DNA of 64,000 nt from Candidatus Methylomirabilota bacterium (lineage in GTDB: Bacteria > Verrucomicrobiota > Verrucomicrobiia > Limisphaerales > SXQI01), in NCBI GenBank assembly GCA_035627835.1, contig DASPKX010000069.1, positions 10,451 to 74,450 on the forward strand, read 5' to 3'. A model generated the notes under the pieces. The model was given only the letters and a program-made list of their open reading frames with translations, was not told the origin of the DNA and did not search any database. Shown here in pieces: positions 1-9,534 of the stretch (position 1 is the stretch's first letter; each line of letters opens with the position of its first letter). The translations under genes were made by a program, and so were the position numbers.

Positions 1-1391
1 AACAGGCTTCCAAGGCGCACCGAGGAATCTGAGTCGCGAGCCGAATGAAGCAACTCGGAATAGAACACGGTGTTCGTGAGCCCCACAATGGCGGCGTGGC
101 GCACAAAAGGGTCTCGGCTCTTCAATGCCTCCTTCAGGGTGGTGAATTGCCTCTTGTGCGCAGAAGCAGCGAGTTGGTCAAACTCCTTCGAGGCCGGGTT
201 GCCAACCGTGGCAGCAAATGGGGGGCGTGGCTTGTTGGTTGTTCCGCCTGAGCGCGCGGCGAGCTTCCAGATGCGTCCGCGTCCGTGGTTGGGGTAATCC
301 ACTTGCACCCAGTCTGTGATGAAGAGGGCTCCTTTGCTGTCAGCTTCCAGCGCCACGGGGCGAAAGTCTTGCCCCCCCTCAACCAGAGAACGATGTGTGG
401 CGCTGACGGAAGCGCCTCGGGGAGTAAGTTTGTGGGCGGTGATTTTGTTTTCGTTCCAGACCGTCACAAGGACAGTGTCTTGGTATCCAACGGGAAAAGC
501 GGCTTGCGCGGCGTCGATTAATCCCGAGGGGGCTTCGCCCGTGCCATCAACCATGGGGAGTGTGCCAGGCAAGTCCCCATCCCAGCCTTGGAACGGATGA
601 TTGCCGCTGCCCCCGTAAATGGATCGGTAGCCATAATCCCCTCCCCTGACGATGTGCAGCAGACGGTTCGGGCCGCGCGCGTCCGGATCATTGTCCACGG
701 CGAGAAGCCGGCCATGGCTGTCGAACTTCAGATCGAAAGCATTCCAAAACCCGGTGGCAAACTCCTCGAGTTTTGAGCCATCCGGCCGGCAACGAACTAT
801 GTTGCCGCCGTCGCCATATCCGCTGACGCTCGATACATCGTGGCCAAGCAAGGTGTAACGAGCGCTCCCGTTATTGCCGCGTGAGAGATATAACCAACCA
901 TCCGGCCCGAAGGTGATCCCGAGCAACGCGCTATGCGAGTAGGTGTTGGAGGTTTTCAACTCCAGCAGGCGGGTGTGCGAATCACTTTTACCGTCAGCGT
1001 CAGTATCTCGGAGAGCCCAAACCTCGCGAGCGCAAACAATGTGCAACACGCCGTCCGGGGAGAACGCGAGATTCATCGCATCCGTGAATCCTTCGGCGAA
1101 GATGCTGATTCGGTCCGCTTTTCCGTCTGAATCGGTGTCTTCCAGAACCTTGATGCGATCACTTTTGGGCCCTTTGTAGTCGCGCGGCGGCATGTGCGTG
1201 TGGGACTCGATCACATAAACGCGGTCCTTGGAATCGATGGCAACGCCTATTGGAGTCACGATCTCGGGGTCCGAAGCAAACAAACTCAGCTCCAGGCGAG
1301 GGTCATGCACGCGCGGCAAAGGCGCCGCCAACAAATCTATGAAGAACGCCAGAACGAGGCCCGGCAACAGCGCAACGGCCTTAAGCCTCAT
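1..1391 (-). CDS. secreted beta-propeller protein of the PVC putative membrane-bound dehydrogenase type with a HEAT-like C-terminal part; the 3' end lies beyond the window start
   Basis: Absent from the ORF track because it has no stop codon inside the window. My manual minus-strand translation from ATG 1391..1389 stays open to base 3: MRLKAVALLPGLVLAFFIDLLAAPLPRVHDPRLELSLFASDPEIVTPIGVAIDSKDRVYVIESHTHMPPRDYKGPKSDRIKVLEDTDSDGKADR ... GRLLAVDNDPDARGPNRLLHIVRGGDYGYRS ... GRIWKLAARS ... RDPFVRHAAIVGL. It has a signal peptide and family-like blocks. The ATG overlaps the end of the upstream gene by 11 nt. Confidence 0.6.
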   Translation of the reverse strand, partial: MRLKAVALLPGLVLAFFIDLLAAPLPRVHDPRLELSLFASDPEIVTPIGVAIDSKDRVYVIESHTHMPPRDYKGPKSDRIKVLEDTDSDGKADRISIFAEGFTDAMNLAFSPDGVLHIVCAREVWALRDTDADGKSDSHTRLLELKTSNTYSHSALLGITFGPDGWLYLSRGNNGSARYTLLGHDVSSVSGYGDGGNIVRCRPDGSKLEEFATGFWNAFDLKFDSHGRLLAVDNDPDARGPNRLLHIVRGGDYGYRSIYGGSGNHPFQGWDGDLPGTLPMVDGTGEAPSGLIDAAQAAFPVGYQDTVLVTVWNENKITAHKLTPRGASVSATHRSLVEGGQDFRPVALEADSKGALFITDWVQVDYPNHGRGRIWKLAARSGGTTNKPRPPFAATVGNPASKEFDQLAASAHKRQFTTLKEALKSRDPFVRHAAIVGLTNTVFYSELLHSARDSDSSVRLGSL

Positions 1392-2271
1392 ATTTCTTAA
1401 ACATCGCGTGCCCGCTTTGCAGATTCGCCAGCACCGGCTCCTTCGGGATGTTATGCGCCAACTCCAACAACAGGTACCCCGAGTAACCATGCTTCATCAA
1501 CTCATCCAAAAAAGGCTCGAACTTCACCACACCTGTTCCGTATGGGACCGCTTCATGGCCGCCACCCACAGTTCGGTTATCCTTAAGATCCACGTGCAGC
1601 GTGCGGGAATGGAAACGCTTCACCACCTCCATCAAATCCACGCCCGCCCCCACAAAATGCGCGGTGTCGAGGCAGAGGCCCACATTTGGCGAATCGATCT
1701 TGCTGAAGATTTCGTCATAATCACCAATATTCTCCAACACGTTGCTGGCGTGGTTCTCGACGAGGACGAGCATTCCCATCTCCTCAGCGGCCGGTGCGAG
1801 TTCTTTTAGTGTGCCAATCACCGCCTCCAGGCCGCCATTTGTGCCTCGCTTCGATCCTGTGAACTTCACACGGCGCGCGCCCAGCCTCTTCGCTGCTTCC
1901 ATGCACCAGAGCTTGTGAGCCACATCCGGAGCTTTGCCGTCACCAAAGGCGCTCGCCTGGACGCAGATTGGGCGAATCCCCTGCTCCGCTGATCGCTGGC
2001 GAATCCGCTCGATTCCGTCCAGCGTCAGGTTGCGCGGATACCAGGTGTTAAACTCCACGTTTTTTATTCCAAGCTGCGGGAGCATCCGAAAGCTCGGCTC
2101 GAAATTTTTGTCTCCGAAGCCATCCATTGTAATGGTGGCGATCGCCACTTTGACACCCACTATTTCCTGGAGGTTTTTTGGTGTCCGAGCGGACGCTCCT
2201 CGTGCAGTGGTCGCGCCGAGGAGAGCTGCCCCAGCAGCAGCGGTGTGCGACAGGAAATCTCGTCGAGTCAT
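1381..2271 (-). CDS. Tat-exported sugar phosphate isomerase/epimerase (xylose isomerase-like TIM barrel)
   Basis: 296-aa ORF. The N-terminus MTRRDFLSHTAAAGAALLGATTARGASA is a twin-arginine signal. The body (LVLVENH, CLDTAHF, LLELAH blocks) fits the xylose isomerase-like TIM-barrel family. Confidence 0.8.
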   Translation of the reverse strand: MTRRDFLSHTAAAGAALLGATTARGASARTPKNLQEIVGVKVAIATITMDGFGDKNFEPSFRMLPQLGIKNVEFNTWYPRNLTLDGIERIRQRSAEQGIRPICVQASAFGDGKAPDVAHKLWCMEAAKRLGARRVKFTGSKRGTNGGLEAVIGTLKELAPAAEEMGMLVLVENHASNVLENIGDYDEIFSKIDSPNVGLCLDTAHFVGAGVDLMEVVKRFHSRTLHVDLKDNRTVGGGHEAVPYGTGVVKFEPFLDELMKHGYSGYLLLELAHNIPKEPVLANLQSGHAMFKKYEA

Positions 2272-2421
2272 ACTTCAAGTCGGGTCGTGCAATTAAGCAC
2301 AATTTGGAAGGCCTTCCGCAACCACTTCCGTGTGCGGGAGCATGGCCAGCTTCACCTCGCCAACCTGCGTGTGCGAACGGGCCCACGCCGGGGGATCACT
2401 CCCCCGGCTCAGCCTATTTTC

Positions 2422-5400
2422 TTAAGGCTTTACCAACCGGAAGAATGCCTTGCTGCCCTGTGCTGGAACAGTGATGACACGGCTCGTTCCGCTGAGGGCC
2501 GGAGAGGCAGTGACGTCACTCCACCCCCCTGACAACTGACTCGTCATTTGCAGCTTGTAGCCTTCCGCCGCCGCAGGCCAAGCGATCTGAATCTGGTCCC
2601 CTTGCCGGGTTGCGCTCAGGCGAACCAGTGAAGGGTCAATGCCTGCGGGCGTGGTCCCGAAGTCGCGGAAGACGGCTGTCGCGGTCCGGTTGTCGCCATT
2701 GTTTTGAGGCGTCGCGCCAAGGCCCACATGCAGCGTTGGCGCCAGTCCGGGATTCACTGTCGTTTGCGCAAACTGAGTCCATGCCGAGCCATTCTCCGAA
2801 CGATACGCTGTGAAAACATCGCCGGAGGCGCCACGCTGGCGGGCCAACCGAATCCAGGCATTTGGATAAGGCACCTCACGGCTGGTGTTGCTCCCCGGCC
2901 AGAGCGTGGTCGTTCCCGCCGCTTCGTTTCGAATCAAGGCCTGGTAATCATTGTCACCAATCCCAGTGCTCACCCCATCCTGCGTCGGCCCTCGCGGGGT
3001 GACCACCGCGGCGATCATCCGCGAGCCCGCGTCAAGGGTCTCACGCGCAATGATGCCAGCTTTGCTCAAGCGGTTAACCGCTTCCAGGGAAGCCATGCGC
3101 ACACGCAGGTCGAAGTCTCCAGTGACTTGCGTCGGAAGGAAGAAGAAGCTGTCAGCGCTCGCCCCGATCTCCGCCCCGTTCGCCTCCACATCGAAACTTC
3201 CATTGCCATACGCCACGGCTGCCCCAGGCGCGATGACATCGCCAATGTCCGTGGGGGTGACATTCACTTTCGCGCCGGTGATCTGGGTGTTCGCCGCCAC
3301 CGCATTGTTCAACTGATCCTTCACATTCGACACTGTCACAGGGAACGAATTGCCAACTGGAGCAGAGAGCGTCAGGATCATACTCGAATTATCCGAACCC
3401 AGCCGCGCCTCGGTGGGAATCGTGCCGCCAACCCGATAGTTCGACGCTTCTGTCGCCGTCCCCTGGTCGAGCGGCTCGTTGAATAACAGCCCGATGGTTA
3501 GCCCATCGAGCGTTCCAGCCGAACGAAGCATTGGGCCAGTGACATCACTGGTGGTGGTGAAGCTCCATTCTTCGGAAAATGATTGTGAGCCTGTGCTTTG
3601 GAATGTCACTCGGATCTTCTGTTGTGCTCCCGGCTGCAGCGCGGGGGTTGCAGTAATCCGCGCCCCGTCGGCAACAGCCTGGATGTTCGCCGAACTGGTG
3701 ATCTCCGCGCCGTTCAGGAAAACTTTAATGCTCCCGACCGAAACTGAGGAGCCGCGGTTTGCAATCTCGATGGCCAGTCCCGCGCTCACTGGGACATTCA
3801 CCGCATTCGGCGCAGGCTGGGCTGCTTTGACATACGGCCCCAGTTGTTGCGCCACCGGGACGAACAAAATGAAGTTCGGATGCAAACCGTTATTGGCGGT
3901 GACTGCGGTGAGCCGAAGCGTCTTCACTCCGGACAAGGAGATAGGCGCTGGCGCGCCCAGGGCATCGGTCAATGGCACGAAACGATATTTGCCGCCCGTT
4001 GGCGCCACCCGGAAGGAGCCGAGCACATTGGCTGACTGGTTGGGCTGGGTGCGATCGCCCGTCACCTCCGCAAGCGTTAGCTCGTTGGTGGCGCTGGCTG
4101 TGGTGCGCAAATACACCTGGTAGGCGCCAGCGGGAAAAGTGCGGGTGTAATTCACCCAATCACCAGCGGCTACAAACGAGAGATGGTAGTCGAGCACACG
4201 ACCCGCGCCGCCCGCGGCCGCCACATACTTCTGGCGGGTTTCATCCGTGGCCGGCTGTGTGCCCACAACATCCGCACTCCGGTAGCGGTGATTCCCGGCG
4301 GGATCGGCCGCAGCCGTGCTGTCGTGAAAATCGACCTCCGCGGTTCCGATCTGCTCATAATACCCCGACCCGCTGCCCACGATGTTGCCGCTCAGATCTT
4401 CACCGGACGGGGGCGGGTTTTCAATAAATTGGCCGCTGCCGAAATTAAAATCTTCCGCTTCAATGTGGAACGCGCTCGCGGCAAACGTGTCGAAGCCGAA
4501 TGCCTGGACTGTTTCGCGGCCGAGATTGTCTTTAACGCTGATCACCCCGCTGTAAGCCATGTTGGCCTGAAGCCCGGAAAGGCTGGCGGCGCGCGCGGTC
4601 GCGCTGCCACTGATGGCCAACTGGCTGGAAACATCCTGCCCGTTCAGCGTCACTTTAATGTCGTCGGCAGAGATGCTGTTTGGAGCCGCCGTCGTCGCGG
4701 TGAAGGTGAAGCCCGCATTTGCGTTCACAAAGAGCGATTGATCGGCCGGGGCCAAGCCCGTTATCTGGGGCGGCAAGTCCGCCAGGCTGGAGCGGGTCCA
4801 GTTAATCGCCGCATCCAGGAGCTTCACGCCCGATTCATTCAGGAGCGGCAGGATTGCGCCATGCGTGAAGATGAAACTGCGTTTGGCCGGGGCGACCAGG
4901 CCGGCCATTTGGGCTCCTTTTTCGTAACCGAAAAGGGCCGCCCGCGTGGCCGGCTGGTTGGCGGGGGGATCACCCGCCAGCGTGGCGACCACCACGGCGG
5001 AAGCCGCTGGGTTGCCCCACCCGGTTTGGGCGGCGCCCTCCACGATTGCGATTTCGCCCGCCGGCAATCCTCCAGCCAGCGGGTGATCCGCGCGCACTAT
5101 GTTCAGCGCGCTCGTGGCGCCGCCGCCCAGCCCGAACCCCGTCGCCGTGTTCTCCGCCCCCGCCACCATCAACATGTCGTCGAGGATAAACGGCTCGATG
5201 ACCACGACACCCACTTCCACATTCCGGAACTTGGTGTTCACCGCGCCCGACGAAACGGACTCGGAAATCACTACCAATTGTTTTCCGGCAGCATCGGCCG
5301 CGGAGCTTGAGGCCGCGGCAATTGCCTGCACATTGAACCCCGCTGCGACCAGGCGCTCTTGCAGGATGGCGTCGGAGGCGTTGAGTGGGACGCCCGAGAC

Positions 5401-5550
5401 CACGAGCAGCGCGTCAGCGGCGAACCCCTTCCCCGCGGACAGCGCGAGCGCGAGCAGCATCAGCAATTTCAGGCGTGTGAACAGCGCCAACAAGCCAGTA
5501 GGGCAGGCTGCGGGCGCAACAGGACAGTGGTTCCGGTGATGTGGTTTCAT
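2422..5550 (-). CDS. large secreted multidomain lectin-like protein (alpha/beta N-domain, CBM-like module, Ig-like modules, concanavalin-like module, C-terminal FFRL tail)
   Basis: 1042-aa ORF with signal-like LKLLMLLALALSAGKGFA. HIEAEDFNFGSG...DWVNYTRTFPAGAYQVYLR resembles CBM6/35-type modules. ASNYRV-type bacterial Ig-like segments are present. GDFDLRVRM...KAGIIARE resembles a concanavalin-like/DUF1349 fold. It ends ...KAFFRLVKP. Domain names come from remembered motifs, not a search. Confidence 0.75.
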   Translation of the reverse strand: MKPHHRNHCPVAPAACPTGLLALFTRLKLLMLLALALSAGKGFAADALLVVSGVPLNASDAILQERLVAAGFNVQAIAAASSSAADAAGKQLVVISESVSSGAVNTKFRNVEVGVVVIEPFILDDMLMVAGAENTATGFGLGGGATSALNIVRADHPLAGGLPAGEIAIVEGAAQTGWGNPAASAVVVATLAGDPPANQPATRAALFGYEKGAQMAGLVAPAKRSFIFTHGAILPLLNESGVKLLDAAINWTRSSLADLPPQITGLAPADQSLFVNANAGFTFTATTAAPNSISADDIKVTLNGQDVSSQLAISGSATARAASLSGLQANMAYSGVISVKDNLGRETVQAFGFDTFAASAFHIEAEDFNFGSGQFIENPPPSGEDLSGNIVGSGSGYYEQIGTAEVDFHDSTAAADPAGNHRYRSADVVGTQPATDETRQKYVAAAGGAGRVLDYHLSFVAAGDWVNYTRTFPAGAYQVYLRTTASATNELTLAEVTGDRTQPNQSANVLGSFRVAPTGGKYRFVPLTDALGAPAPISLSGVKTLRLTAVTANNGLHPNFILFVPVAQQLGPYVKAAQPAPNAVNVPVSAGLAIEIANRGSSVSVGSIKVFLNGAEITSSANIQAVADGARITATPALQPGAQQKIRVTFQSTGSQSFSEEWSFTTTSDVTGPMLRSAGTLDGLTIGLLFNEPLDQGTATEASNYRVGGTIPTEARLGSDNSSMILTLSAPVGNSFPVTVSNVKDQLNNAVAANTQITGAKVNVTPTDIGDVIAPGAAVAYGNGSFDVEANGAEIGASADSFFFLPTQVTGDFDLRVRMASLEAVNRLSKAGIIARETLDAGSRMIAAVVTPRGPTQDGVSTGIGDNDYQALIRNEAAGTTTLWPGSNTSREVPYPNAWIRLARQRGASGDVFTAYRSENGSAWTQFAQTTVNPGLAPTLHVGLGATPQNNGDNRTATAVFRDFGTTPAGIDPSLVRLSATRQGDQIQIAWPAAAEGYKLQMTSQLSGGWSDVTASPALSGTSRVITVPAQGSKAFFRLVKP

Positions 5551-5643
5551 GTGAGCGCCACATCTTTAACCAGCGCGCCACTGGCGCGTCATCCTGTCCA
5601 ATGGCGTGAGGCCGCGCCCATACTTTGGTATAGGAGCGTCCCT

Positions 5644-6285
5644 CTACACCGCCGAATCGAGTGAGACAATCCCGCGGCGCAGCGCCATGGTGACTGCGTT
5701 CGTGCGGTCGTGAACCCCAAGCTTTTCGAGGACGTGCCCCACATGAAGTTTCACCGTGACCTCGCTGATGGCGAGGCTGGAGGCGATTTCTTTGTTGCTC
5801 TGGCCGGCCACGATCAGGCGCAGGACTTCCAACTCTCGCTGCGTGAGGTTTGGCCGTGTCACCTGCATCGCGATGCGGCTCGCGATCTCCGGTGTCAGGT
5901 AGCTTCCCCCGGCGGCAACAGTGCGAATGGCCTGCAGCAAACCGTCGCGGCCAATCGTTTTCGGGATGTACCCTTTGGCTCCGGCTTGCAGCGCCCGCAG
6001 AATTTCATCATCGCCCTGGTAGGTCGAGAGTATCAGGACTCGTGACTCGGGATCGATATGGCCCAGTTCAGCCGCGAGCTTGCCGCCGTCCCCGTCCGGC
6101 AGGCGCATGTCGGAGAGCACGAGGTTTGGCCGGCATTGCTGATAAATGTCCACGGCCTGTCGCACGGTTCCAGCCTCCCCTGCGACACTGAAATCGCCCT
6201 CCAGATGGAGCGAGGCAATCAAGCCGACGCGCACCACGAAATGATCATCAACAACGAGAATCTTTATTTTGCTCCGTGCGCTCAT
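5644..6285 (-). CDS. NarL/LuxR-family response regulator (REC + LuxR HTH)
   Basis: KILVVDDHFVVRVGL...LVLSDMRLPDGDG forms the receiver domain. LTQRELEVLRLIVAGQSNKEIASSLAISEVTVKLHVGHVLEKLGV is a LuxR-type HTH. I chose the start at MSARSK (ATG 6285), which forms an ATGA overlap with the kinase stop. The track ORF runs 33 codons further upstream. Confidence 0.9.
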   Translation of the reverse strand: MSARSKIKILVVDDHFVVRVGLIASLHLEGDFSVAGEAGTVRQAVDIYQQCRPNLVLSDMRLPDGDGGKLAAELGHIDPESRVLILSTYQGDDEILRALQAGAKGYIPKTIGRDGLLQAIRTVAAGGSYLTPEIASRIAMQVTRPNLTQRELEVLRLIVAGQSNKEIASSLAISEVTVKLHVGHVLEKLGVHDRTNAVTMALRRGIVSLDSAV

Positions 6286-9200
6286 GGTGACACCTGCTCC
6301 AGGGGTTTGGATGGGTTGATGCGGTGGGCTTGTAGAGGGACATCCAACTGAACGCAAGCGCCGCCAGCCGGCAAATTGGAGCATAGCAGCCGAGCGCCCA
6401 TCAATGCGGCCCGTTCCTGCATGCCTGCCAGGCCATAGTGCCCTTCCGCAGCCGAAGGCTTGCGCTCAGGGAAGCCACGCCCGTCATCTTCCACCCTGAG
6501 GCGGAGTTGGCTGGGGGTATACGCCAGGGTGAGACAGATGGCCGATGGTTTGCCGTGGCGAAGCGCGTTGGTGAGAGCCTCCTGCGCGACCCTGAAGATA
6601 TGGTTCTCCAAATCTCGCGAGAGTTTGCGTTCATCACCATCCAGGTGAATGGATATGCGCGGCTTGCCGTCAGGAGCCAATTCCGTCGCCAGCCTTTGCA
6701 AAGCTTCGCTGAGGGTGAGCCCTTCGCGCTCCGGGGAGCGAAGATCCATAACCGAGCGCTGCGCTTCGTCCATGCTATGCTGGATCATCCTGGAAGCGCT
6801 ATCCAACCATTTGCGCGCGGCCTCCGGGCCGTCGGACAAGGTGGCCTTTGCCAGGTCGAGCTGGAGGGAAACACCGACGAGGCCTTGCTCCAGCGTGTCG
6901 TGAAGCTCGCGCGCAATGCGCTGCCTTTCAGCAAGCACCATGTCGTATTGCCTCCTCACCCGGCGCAGACGCAGCCGATGGGCTGTGAGAGCCGCGAGGC
7001 CGAGCAGGGCGATAACGGACCCGAGGAAAAACTTCGACTCGTAAAAATGCGGAGCCTGCGAAAACCCGAGGGTTGCCGGCTTGGGATTCCAAAGCCCATC
7101 TTCATTGCAAGCGGTCACCTCAAAGCGGTACTCGCCCGCAGGAAGGTTAAGGTATTGAGCCGTGCGCATGGCGCCGACGCTTTCCGTCCATCCTTCGTTC
7201 AGACCAACGAGCCGATAGCGGAATCGGACACGCGAGGGCACACGATACGAAAGCGCAGTGAAATCGACGCGCACCTGCTGGGCGCGAGGTGGAAAAGCAT
7301 TAGCTTGGCTCGGCTCAAAGGACTCGCCGTCCAGGTGGACTTCTTCGATGCGCACCGGAGGGATCACGGTGTTTGTGCGGAGCTGGTTTGGATCAACAAC
7401 GGCAACACCTTTGATGGTGGCAAACCAGAGCCGCCCATCCCTCGTGCGAATGCCTGCGGGAAAACCAACGCGCTCGCCCTGGCTGCTTTTCATGCCATCG
7501 AACGTGCTGTAATGGCGGCACTCCAGCGAAGCCGCCTCCCCTCGATCCAATTTCTCGAAGCTCGCCTTGGACACTTTGAAGAGGCCCTTGCTGCAGCTCA
7601 TCCAGAGGTTCTCGTGATCATCCTCGAGAATGGCGAAAATCTCGTCATTGAAGAGGCCCTCCCGCGAAGTGTACCGCTGCACAACGCCGTTGTGCAGGCG
7701 CGTTACGCCGTGACCGCGTGAGCCGACCCAAATCACCCCTTGGGCGTCGGAATGCAAAGCGAGGATGTCGCTGATGCGTTCCCCTCCAGCATCGAAAACT
7801 TCGTGGAAACGCGGCCCCTCCTCGCGCCACAAGCCATCCCCTGCCGCCCACAGCCGGCCCTGCTGGTCTTCGTGCAGGCAAGTGATTGAGGAGGCGCGCA
7901 GCCCTTCCTTCTCGGAAAAGCGCTCGAACCTGCCATCACGGTAACGGCTAAGAGCGCCATGGGCAGCCAGCCATAAATCTCCGTTGCGCCGGGCTAAAGC
8001 GGCGTGAACATCCGCCGCAGGAAGCCCGGGTTGCGCCCGAAACACCGTTGTTTCACGCGCCGTGTGGCGAAGCAGTATGTCAAAGGTAGTCCCGATCCAG
8101 ATTGCGCCATCGGGCGTTTGCGCGAGGGCTCCGCCATAATCGGATGGGAAGCCCTTGGCCCGGGTGAAGGTTTCCACCGCGCCCTGGCTCCAGCGGTTCA
8201 ACCCGCCGCTATCGGTGCCAATCCAAACCGCCCCCGCATCGTCTTCCAGAAGTGAAATGGCGAAGTTGCTGCTTAGGCCTTCGGAGACGCTCAGCGGCTC
8301 GACAACCCCTTCCATCAAACGGTTGACGCCGCCCCCGCGGGTGGCAATCCAGAGGGAGCCTTCCATGTCTTCGGCGAGGCGGTAAACGAAGTTATCCGAG
8401 AGGCCCTCAGCGGTGGTGAGTTTTTCGAATCGGCCATCGCGGTGGCGGGCGAGCCCACCCCAGGTGGCTATCCAAAAGCTGCCATCCCGGTCGGTGAGGA
8501 ATTGGCGGATGTGGCTGCTGGGAAGCCCATCCGCTTCCGTGAACTTCTCCAGCTTGGAGTTGTGGAATCGAAAAAGGCCCTCAATCGTTCCGATCCAGCA
8601 AGCGCCCTCGGGGGAGGTGTGAATGGCGCGAACCCATTGCATGGGCGTCCCCCCGGTCAGATCGGCTTTGCGCAGCGCGCCATTCGCCAATTCGTAAACC
8701 CCATCATCACACGCGCAGAGCAATCGGCCATTGGGATCTTCGTAAATATGGTAGGTGTTGCTGGTGGGGACTTTGGGAATCAGGGTGAATCGGCCGTTGT
8801 GGAAGCGAAAAACTCCCGCGTATGCCGCCACCCAAACATTCCCTGCGCGGTCCTCGAAAATCGCCCGTGCGTTCGAACTGGTGAAGCCGCGCTCCGGCCC
8901 AAAACGCTCGAACTTGCCATCCCGGTAACGGACCACCCCGCCCCGGTCCAGGCCTGCCCAAAGACTGCCATCGCGGCTTTCGCACAGTGAGCGAACGTAC
9001 GCGCCGCCCTCGAATGCGGGAACATTCCTGGGGTCGAAGCTGGTGAACTTCACTCCATCAAACCGCGCCAAACCATATTGAGTGCCGAACCATAGATAGC
9101 CATCGCGCGTCTGGAGAATGGCTTCAACGGAGTTCTGCGGGAGCCCATCACGATCTTGCCAACTATCCTGGATGAACTGGGTGAGCGCTTTGCGCGGGCT

Positions 9201-9311
9201 GAGCGCAACGGTCTCGAGAAGAGCGGCGCGGCTGAGAAACAGGATCGTAACGAGGCCAAGCAGCCTCTTAGCAAGAAAGTGCGCTTTGACGAGATGAAGC
9301 AGGTCGCTCAT
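6282..9311 (-). CDS. sensor histidine kinase with periplasmic two-component-regulator propeller repeats and a Y_Y_Y-like domain, then one TM, HisKA_3 and HATPase
   Basis: 1009-aa ORF. It has many repeats of the G-LW-GT--GL-R- type (DGYLWFGTQYGLARF, DGSLWAGLDRGGVVRY, and others). Then come a TM segment (FFLGSVIALLGLAALTA), ERQRIARELHDTLEQ (HisKA_3 His box) and a GLAGMQERAALMG ATPase G-box. Confidence 0.9.
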   Translation of the reverse strand: MSDLLHLVKAHFLAKRLLGLVTILFLSRAALLETVALSPRKALTQFIQDSWQDRDGLPQNSVEAILQTRDGYLWFGTQYGLARFDGVKFTSFDPRNVPAFEGGAYVRSLCESRDGSLWAGLDRGGVVRYRDGKFERFGPERGFTSSNARAIFEDRAGNVWVAAYAGVFRFHNGRFTLIPKVPTSNTYHIYEDPNGRLLCACDDGVYELANGALRKADLTGGTPMQWVRAIHTSPEGACWIGTIEGLFRFHNSKLEKFTEADGLPSSHIRQFLTDRDGSFWIATWGGLARHRDGRFEKLTTAEGLSDNFVYRLAEDMEGSLWIATRGGGVNRLMEGVVEPLSVSEGLSSNFAISLLEDDAGAVWIGTDSGGLNRWSQGAVETFTRAKGFPSDYGGALAQTPDGAIWIGTTFDILLRHTARETTVFRAQPGLPAADVHAALARRNGDLWLAAHGALSRYRDGRFERFSEKEGLRASSITCLHEDQQGRLWAAGDGLWREEGPRFHEVFDAGGERISDILALHSDAQGVIWVGSRGHGVTRLHNGVVQRYTSREGLFNDEIFAILEDDHENLWMSCSKGLFKVSKASFEKLDRGEAASLECRHYSTFDGMKSSQGERVGFPAGIRTRDGRLWFATIKGVAVVDPNQLRTNTVIPPVRIEEVHLDGESFEPSQANAFPPRAQQVRVDFTALSYRVPSRVRFRYRLVGLNEGWTESVGAMRTAQYLNLPAGEYRFEVTACNEDGLWNPKPATLGFSQAPHFYESKFFLGSVIALLGLAALTAHRLRLRRVRRQYDMVLAERQRIARELHDTLEQGLVGVSLQLDLAKATLSDGPEAARKWLDSASRMIQHSMDEAQRSVMDLRSPEREGLTLSEALQRLATELAPDGKPRISIHLDGDERKLSRDLENHIFRVAQEALTNALRHGKPSAICLTLAYTPSQLRLRVEDDGRGFPERKPSAAEGHYGLAGMQERAALMGARLLCSNLPAGGACVQLDVPLQAHRINPSKPLEQVSP

Positions 9312-9534
9312 GTCATGTCATAAATGCCGGCTCTCGCTATAGTGGCGGTTGGGATTGCCGATTCTTCCGCTGCGGCAAGCGCCCGATCAAGCCCAGAAAT
9401 CGAATGGCGAACGAACTCATGCAAGGGGCGCAGACCACTGCTGATGCGCTTCATCGCCCCTTTCCCTTCTTGGACGCTCTGGCGCGCCGCAGCTGCCTCT
9501 TCCCAACCCGCGCCACCCAAGGCACCGTTTCCCC

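Noticed and set aside
1228-1809. 193-aa plus-strand ORF spanning the junction of the first two genes.
   Set aside because: It is antisense to two minus-strand genes with good family signatures, and its composition fits a spurious high-GC ORF.
6286-6384. 33-codon upstream extension of the NarL-type regulator.
   Set aside because: It overlaps the kinase C-terminus. Receiver domains begin a few residues before the DD pair, which fits the internal Met and the ATGA overlap.
6438-7721. 427-aa plus-strand ORF antisense to the propeller histidine kinase. Similar long antisense ORFs occur at 4183..5310, 19924..20763, 27721..28599, 47284..48159, 50832..51623 and 59385..60194.
   Set aside because: They lie opposite genes with clear family signatures. 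Their translations are Arg/Ala/Gly/Pro-rich low-information sequences, typical of stop-poor antisense frames in high-GC DNA, and I recognise no motifs.
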